Made by a program: the position numbers and the translations under genes
Notes under the pieces: model-generated
What the model was told of the DNA's origin: nothing
Databases searched by the model: none
What the model saw: only the letters and a program-made list of their open reading frames with translations
From: a virus
Taxonomy: Duplodnaviria > Heunggongvirae > Uroviricota > Caudoviricetes
Reading direction: 5' to 3' (one strand)
IMG/VR virus record: IMGVR_UViG_3300021407_000008
DNA length: 29,843 nt
Shown here: positions 25,585 through 29,843 of the stretch, in pieces
Layout: each line of letters opens with the position of its first letter
Numbering within the stretch: the stretch's first letter is position 1

Positions 25585-26930
25585 TTTTCCACCACTATCA
25601 CGCCAAATCCGAATTCTCCGGGTAATTCAAAATGAGTTAACCCCATAACGAATTTCCTGTACTCCTCGCCAACTTCTCGACTAGGAAAATCGCCGCCGCA
25701 CGTTTCAGATGTTTGTTTTGCCTCAATGTCGTGGCACATAATAATTCCTCCATGTTTGACCCAACGATAACAGTTGTTTAGGTCGGCCAAGAAACCAGTC
25801 TTGGTGTGATCCCCATCTATTAACGCCGCATCGAATTCGTTGTCTGGGAATATCGCCTTCTTGCTATCGTTGTGCTCAAAGGTCCAGCGTGGATGTGTCC
25901 ATAGTTTGGAACAATCGTTTTGGTCTATCGAGTGGAGATGCCCGCCATTCTCCTCTAACCCCAAAAGCATTGCGCTTGTGCTAGCCCCGTCGCGAACACC
26001 TATTTCCAGCATCCGTCCACGCGAATTCTTGCGTAGCCATGGCAAATATTCTTTCATGTCGCCTTCGCGGCAACCCTTTTCGTAACGCTCAAGGATGGGA
26101 TTTCTGGCTGGTAGGTGTTCTAACGCGGCGGCTACGGTAGCAATATAATCTTGTTCTTTTATGGCCTTCAGTGCGGTTTCGCCCATATTCCGCCGCCAAC
26201 CATCGTTGTCCAAGAGGTTGTGTACGAAGCGAACGATGTTCTCGTAAGAACAGTAAACAATGGAGTGCTCCAGCCATGGGTAGTCGGACTTATCGGCGCT
26301 GAATTCGCTAAGAATACATTTCGAGTTAGCCATCCAAAAAGATAGCCGTTGAATATTGGTGAGGTTGCGCCCGTCGTGCTGAATGTTAAGGCATATCTTG
26401 GATGATGCTATGGCTTGGTCGCGAGCGCCACCATAACATGAATCAAACACGGCTACTTTTAATCCCGATTTGCGCAATTCTTCTAAGATTGCTTTGCGGC
26501 GTGGAGTTATCCATCCAGAAAAGAAAACGTCCCACACTTCTTCCGTGCGCGGTATTTTTGTCAGATTCGGGGTGTATCCGAATGGAACGTGCTGACAGTC
26601 GTAGCCTAGTCGTTTCCATTCGTTGTAGTTTTGCTTATTGTAATCCCAAACCGTTTTGCCTTTGGCGAGGCGCATTATATTTTCCCATGATGCATGTGCC
26701 GCGCCTTGCTCTAAATTGTAGATGATTACATTGTCCGGCAATGTTTGTTCTTTGGAAAGCAATTCCGCGCCGAATAAGATGTTCATTCCGTCTGGCGAAA
26801 AAGTGTTCTCGCAGATAACCACTTGGTTACCAAGCGAGGAAAGCGCCCAAGACAACGAATCAATGATTTCGTTAAATCCGTCGCTATGCAAAAAACTTGG
26901 AGGCTTAATCCTTGTAATGTGGAATTTCAT
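25581..26930 (-). CDS. Fusion of a GT-B glycosyltransferase and a C-terminal Methyltransf_24-like SAM methyltransferase
   Basis: N-terminal: YNLEQ, VWDY, VPFGY, DVFFSG..TPRR, SKICLNI, ILSE; C-terminal: MLEIGVRDGAST, LIDGDH, GGIIMCHD; ATG 26930 preferred. Confidence 0.85.
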   Translation of the reverse strand: MKFHITRIKPPSFLHSDGFNEIIDSLSWALSSLGNQVVICENTFSPDGMNILFGAELLSKEQTLPDNVIIYNLEQGAAHASWENIMRLAKGKTVWDYNKQNYNEWKRLGYDCQHVPFGYTPNLTKIPRTEEVWDVFFSGWITPRRKAILEELRKSGLKVAVFDSCYGGARDQAIASSKICLNIQHDGRNLTNIQRLSFWMANSKCILSEFSADKSDYPWLEHSIVYCSYENIVRFVHNLLDNDGWRRNMGETALKAIKEQDYIATVAAALEHLPARNPILERYEKGCREGDMKEYLPWLRKNSRGRMLEIGVRDGASTSAMLLGLEENGGHLHSIDQNDCSKLWTHPRWTFEHNDSKKAIFPDNEFDAALIDGDHTKTGFLADLNNCYRWVKHGGIIMCHDIEAKQTSETCGGDFPSREVGEEYRKFVMGLTHFELPGEFGFGVIVVEK

Positions 26931-26937
26931 GGAAGGA

Positions 26938-27570
26938 TTATATCCTGAAACCAGCAACGTTTAAATGCCAATGTTTGGCTCTGGTATCAGAAAAATGAAC
27001 ATCCCCAAAAACCTGTAAGACTTGTTGCCAAGTTATTGCGCTGAATTTTAACAATCTAACCAAGCAAGTTCGCCAGCCATAGTCAACTCGCACCGGCAGA
27101 TCGGCGGCGTCTGTGTGGATGATGCTAAATTCACTAATCCATCCTTTTTTAAAACTGGCGTTGGTATATTCCCTCTTCCCATTGCGGACCAAATAGAACG
27201 CTGCGCAACCATTGACCGCCTTGCTATCCTCAACAATTAAATCTGGATTTAGCTTTTGGACGCGCCGCACAAACTCAGAAGAATGCAGCAATTTTCCCAT
27301 CTGGCGTTCTTTGTTTTTGAAGTCAGATTGATCTTCGTAGCGCTGATCGTTGATTTGTTTGTCGGTCTGCTCCCACATTTGCAAAAGATGCTCACGGTCG
27401 CCAGCGGGTAGTAGATTCTCACGGTGCAGCGGCTCCACATACGGAGCCTTCATCCAAGTGTAGCAATCAGGCTGGAACCTTTCTTCTGGCTTAGGTAGGG
27501 GGGTGTATGTATCCGCTAGTTTAATTCCAGAACTACGTTTAACGTACTTATTCGCCAATATGGGATTCAT
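26938..27570 (-). CDS. Hypothetical phage protein
   Basis: 210 aa; C-terminal GWRTCLVRL...ITW..V...FG. Confidence 0.75.
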   Translation of the reverse strand: MNPILANKYVKRSSGIKLADTYTPLPKPEERFQPDCYTWMKAPYVEPLHRENLLPAGDREHLLQMWEQTDKQINDQRYEDQSDFKNKERQMGKLLHSSEFVRRVQKLNPDLIVEDSKAVNGCAAFYLVRNGKREYTNASFKKGWISEFSIIHTDAADLPVRVDYGWRTCLVRLLKFSAITWQQVLQVFGDVHFSDTRAKHWHLNVAGFRI

Positions 27571-28252
27571 CCAATACTTTAGGTTTAAAACCGTCGCGGG
27601 TTAACTGGATTTCTACGATGCCACCGGGGCCAACGGGAATGGAGTGGTAGCTTTGGTCGATCTTCTCGCCAAGGTATTCAAAAATGACTTGGATAAAGCT
27701 TCCATGGGTAACCATAACCCACGGCAAACCAGACATGGAACGCGATAGATATTTGTTAAACGATTCTTCGCATTCCGCGCTAAACTCCGCGTAAGACTCG
27801 CCGCCTACCGGAAGTTTTTCTGGATGATTTTTAAGGTCTAAAATCTGTTCGTCTACTTCATCTATTGGTTCGCCTTCTATTTCGGCTCCAAGGTGCCAAG
27901 ATCGTAGGTACGGGTCCATCTGTAATTCTTTGTCTTTTTCTAACGCAATCGGTAGGGCCGTTTCCTTGGTCCGCGACATATCATCCGTAACTACTCCGCC
28001 AATTTCAATGTCACTGAAAAACTTGGCTACCTTTTTAGCGTCCTCTTTGCCTTGCTCGTCTAGCGATTGGTTGGATAATCCGCGTACCAACTTTTGCTTG
28101 TCTTGTTTAATCTCGCAGTGGCGCACAATATACATAACCGTCCGACCAAGTTTGGACAGAACCGAACTAGGCGAATAGGAATTCAGTACATCACTAGACG
28201 TAGACGGCGAATCCCATTCTGGCATTAGTAAACTGGCAGGGGAATAACTCAC
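27548..28252 (-). CDS. Histidine phosphatase (phosphoglycerate mutase superfamily); start could be ATG 28135
   Basis: YIVRHCE (RHG-like), L...G..DA, SRTKETA, VTHGSFI. Confidence 0.85.
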   Translation of the reverse strand: MSYSPASLLMPEWDSPSTSSDVLNSYSPSSVLSKLGRTVMYIVRHCEIKQDKQKLVRGLSNQSLDEQGKEDAKKVAKFFSDIEIGGVVTDDMSRTKETALPIALEKDKELQMDPYLRSWHLGAEIEGEPIDEVDEQILDLKNHPEKLPVGGESYAEFSAECEESFNKYLSRSMSGLPWVMVTHGSFIQVIFEYLGEKIDQSYHSIPVGPGGIVEIQLTRDGFKPKVLDESHIGE

Positions 28253-28270
28253 TGAAATAGATTACCAAAC

Positions 28271-28372
28271 TTAGTAGAAATCGGAACAACTAAGGAAAAA
28301 GTGGCAGACTGGGCAAATCATTTTACAGCGCGATTGCTCAAGTGCGGAACCGCATTGCGGACAATTATTTAT
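28271..28372 (-). CDS. 33 aa six-Cys zinc-finger micro-protein with a non-canonical ATA start (or pseudogene)
   Basis: (I/M)[32 protein letters not shown]; GGGAG SD; ATAA overlaps the upstream TAA. Confidence 0.55.
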   Translation of the reverse strand: MNNCPQCGSALEQSRCKMICPVCHFFLSCSDFY

Positions 28373-28776
28373 GCCGATTCTCCCGATTGCGCCAATGAAT
28401 CCAATACGCTATTCGCTTCTTGTAATTCTTTGGCAGCCTCAGCTTTAAATTTCTGAGCTTTCTGTTCGGCCAGTTCTGCCATGGTATTAAGGATTGTTTC
28501 CATGTGCCGATTAAGCGCCCCAACAAGAAATTCTTGCGCATGCACGCCGCCAACCGAGGTCATCGAGCTACACGAAGAACTGCCGTAATAACCGGTATAA
28601 CAAGACAGGCCAACCTTAACCGCGAATACCGAGAAATCGGAACCAAGACTAAATTTTAGATCATGCTTATCGCAGCGCGAATCCTTGATTGCTTCGCGAT
28701 AATTAGGAACAATGCCGCGCAGGCGCTTGGCGGTATCGAGCAAAGCCTTAATCTCTTCAAACTTTTCCATTTTCAT
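28369..28776 (-). CDS. Hypothetical protein
   Basis: 135 aa; GAGGAG SD; C-terminal coiled coil. Confidence 0.75.
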   Translation of the reverse strand: MKMEKFEEIKALLDTAKRLRGIVPNYREAIKDSRCDKHDLKFSLGSDFSVFAVKVGLSCYTGYYGSSSCSSMTSVGGVHAQEFLVGALNRHMETILNTMAELAEQKAQKFKAEAAKELQEANSVLDSLAQSGESA

Positions 28777-28830
28777 GTTTAATTTTCCACTCCTCTAGAT
28801 ATTGGATGGAACTCTCTAGCGTTTGGATGT

Positions 28831-29406
28831 TTAGCCTCGTAATATTTTTGTTTCTTCGGTAACTATGCCGGTTAAGTCTATGTAATTTCCCTTGGTGTCT
28901 AATTTAAATTTGCGGCGCGGTAGTGGTTTTGTTTCCTTGATAAATCCAACCCTATATTGCGGTCCTTTGTCGTTTAACTTTCTTGATTCTTGGTACATCT
29001 GCTCACGAAGTTCTGGGTTTCTGGTTCTTACCGGCAGCGCCAGATATTTAAGCGCAAGATCAACCAACTCCTGTTTGCCTTCAATGAACGGCTTAATGCC
29101 AAGAAGAAAGCCGCGCTGTTTTTCCTTGCCGGTAATAAACCACTTACCAGAGCGTTTCCAAGCTTCGCCCTTGGTTTCAAAAATCTTGCGGCTATCCCCA
29201 GAAGTGTTTCCCTCTGGAACGTTTTTGGCGAAGAATTCCAAAATTCTTGGATGTGTGTTTGTTACGTTGAGATTGAGGGCATATTGAGTGTAGGCCCGCT
29301 TGTCGCCATCGTGGAAAGCATCACAACGGGCAATACCAATATGCCCTTCGCCGTCCATGTAAGCGCCCAATCTTGCCCATGTAATTTCGCTAATATTTTC
29401 AAACAT
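28831..29406 (-). CDS. Free-standing single-motif LAGLIDADG homing endonuclease
   Basis: ARLGAYMDGEGHIGI helix; YALNLNVTNT...ILEFF; W.I.G; FL..IKPFI..K. Confidence 0.85.
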   Translation of the reverse strand: MFENISEITWARLGAYMDGEGHIGIARCDAFHDGDKRAYTQYALNLNVTNTHPRILEFFAKNVPEGNTSGDSRKIFETKGEAWKRSGKWFITGKEKQRGFLLGIKPFIEGKQELVDLALKYLALPVRTRNPELREQMYQESRKLNDKGPQYRVGFIKETKPLPRRKFKLDTKGNYIDLTGIVTEETKILRG

Positions 29407-29432
29407 GTCCCAATTCTACAGTATCTCTCCCA

Positions 29433-29440
29433 ATTATACA
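29433..29440 (-). promoter_or_regulatory. TGTATAAT -10 element upstream of LAGLIDADG
   Basis: Exact TATAAT just downstream of the terminator. Confidence 0.5.
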
Positions 29441-29445
29441 AGCGC

Positions 29446-29476
29446 AAAAGAAAACACCCCAGATTTCTCTGGGGTG
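29446..29476 (-). terminator. Rho-independent terminator after the intron-containing gene
   Basis: 9-bp perfect stem CACCCCAGA-GAAA-TCTGGGGTG followed by TTTTCTTTT. Confidence 0.85.
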
Positions 29477-29495
29477 GGTAAGTTGTTGAAAACAA

Positions 29496-29523
29496 TCAGG
29501 ATATACTCGCTTCCGCTTTAATA
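29496..29523 (-). CDS. Terminal exon of the probable major capsid gene
   Basis: After splicing reads (L)IKAEASIS-stop; lies immediately before the terminator. Confidence 0.65.
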
Positions 29524-29753
29524 CCTTTGTTATCAAAGACTTACAAGTCTTTGAGCTAGTTCGTTTCCGTCTAGCTCTGCGTATCGCTACGCAGTGCGGA
29601 CTGACTCTTTACCCGGCGAGGGGTAATGCCCATACAGTCTCTACGCCTTCCATGTTTCCATGGCTTGGTTCGGCATTGTCTCCAATTGGAGAGTTCCACC
29701 GACTTTGAGCATTTTTCATCTTCAGGTCGCCCTGAAGCGGGCCTATTTGATTA
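29524..29753 (-). ncRNA. Group I self-splicing intron, 230 nt, no endonuclease ORF
   Basis: P1 with U-G at the 5' splice site; P2 GCGA loop; P3 UGCUCA/UGGGCA; P4 UCGGU/GCCGA; P5; P6a GAAA loop; P7 GACUG/CAGUC; P8 UACCC/GGGUA; P9 GCGA loop; terminal G; P10 AAUA/UAUU. Confidence 0.9.
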
Positions 29754-29843
29754 AGCCTAAAACGGGGGTGCAAGGCTGCTGATTGAGGGACCCTCATGGC
29801 CGCATACTTAAAGTTATAGGCACATGAAGCCCCTACAACTCTA
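29754..29843 (-). CDS. Upstream exon (partial) of the probable major capsid protein
   Basis: Open frame RVVGASCAYNFKYAAMRVPQSAALHPRFR(L); heads the late module and ends at a strong terminator; resembles capsid C-termini I recall (G..C.YN.K), but only 30 codons are visible. Confidence 0.5.

Larger units (their letters stand above)
1..29843. mobile_element. Tailed phage genome or prophage fragment (podovirus-like virion module)
   Basis: Dense, translationally coupled ORFs; adaptor/nozzle/ejection-protein synteny; four homing endonucleases; group I intron; no host housekeeping genes recognised. Confidence 0.9.

Noticed and set aside
19797-26930. GT cluster as a DNA hypermodification pathway
   Set aside because: Not excluded but disfavoured: no hydroxymethylase, TET/JBP, deoxynucleotide kinase or polymerase in the window, and the cluster sits among virion genes
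28831-29406. LAGLIDADG as an intron-encoded ORF
   Set aside because: The terminal G, P10, in-frame exon 2 with stop and a terminator all lie upstream of it
28990-29495. ORFs 28990-29481 (+), 28892-29287 (+) and 29262-29495 (-)
   Set aside because: They overlap the LAGLIDADG gene and cross the terminator; no protein-like features
29536-29550. Alternative 3' splice site at AAAGACUUG
   Set aside because: It has no P10 pairing and gives a frame that runs into the terminator; the 29524 site fits better
29609-29797. 62 aa ORF treated as a stand-alone gene
   Set aside because: It is the upstream exon frame running into the intron core, not an independent gene
1-29843. CRISPR array, tRNA, DGR/retron reverse transcriptase, stop-codon recoding
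   Set aside because: No spaced repeats, cloverleaf or RT motifs were seen; long ORFs are intact under the standard code

Overview
A ~30 kb fragment of a tailed dsDNA phage genome, with no rRNA, tRNA or CRISPR seen. Positions 1-2552 are + strand small/early-type genes, including a compact FimB/FimE-like tyrosine recombinase. Almost everything else is a minus-strand late region. Read from the right end it runs: C-terminus of a probable major capsid gene split by a 230-nt ORF-less group I intron; a terminator; a free-standing LAGLIDADG endonuclease; a glycosylation/methylation cluster (3 glycosyltransferase-like domains, 3 small-molecule SAM methyltransferase domains, an NDP-sugar epimerase, a histidine phosphatase) interleaved with two Asn/Ser/Thr-rich putative virion proteins; HNH endonucleases; a signal-peptide-bearing beta-helix protein; and a podovirus-like tail module in P22-like order (adaptor, nozzle, needle-position gene, gp14-like, three ejection-type proteins). 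Two apparently degenerate lysozyme-fold proteins lie within and after the ejection genes. A 3.8 kb insert (EndoVII-type nuclease, SNF2 helicase-DNA methyltransferase on the opposite strand, five micro-ORFs) splits the adaptor from the nozzle gene. The best candidates for undescribed biology are the putative virion glycan synthesis/methylation system and the intron plus adjacent free-standing LAGLIDADG pair (collaborative homing). All family calls come from motif recognition by eye; no searches were run. The host cannot be determined here. A few proteins resemble, from memory, Acidobacteriota-associated families, which is only a weak inference.
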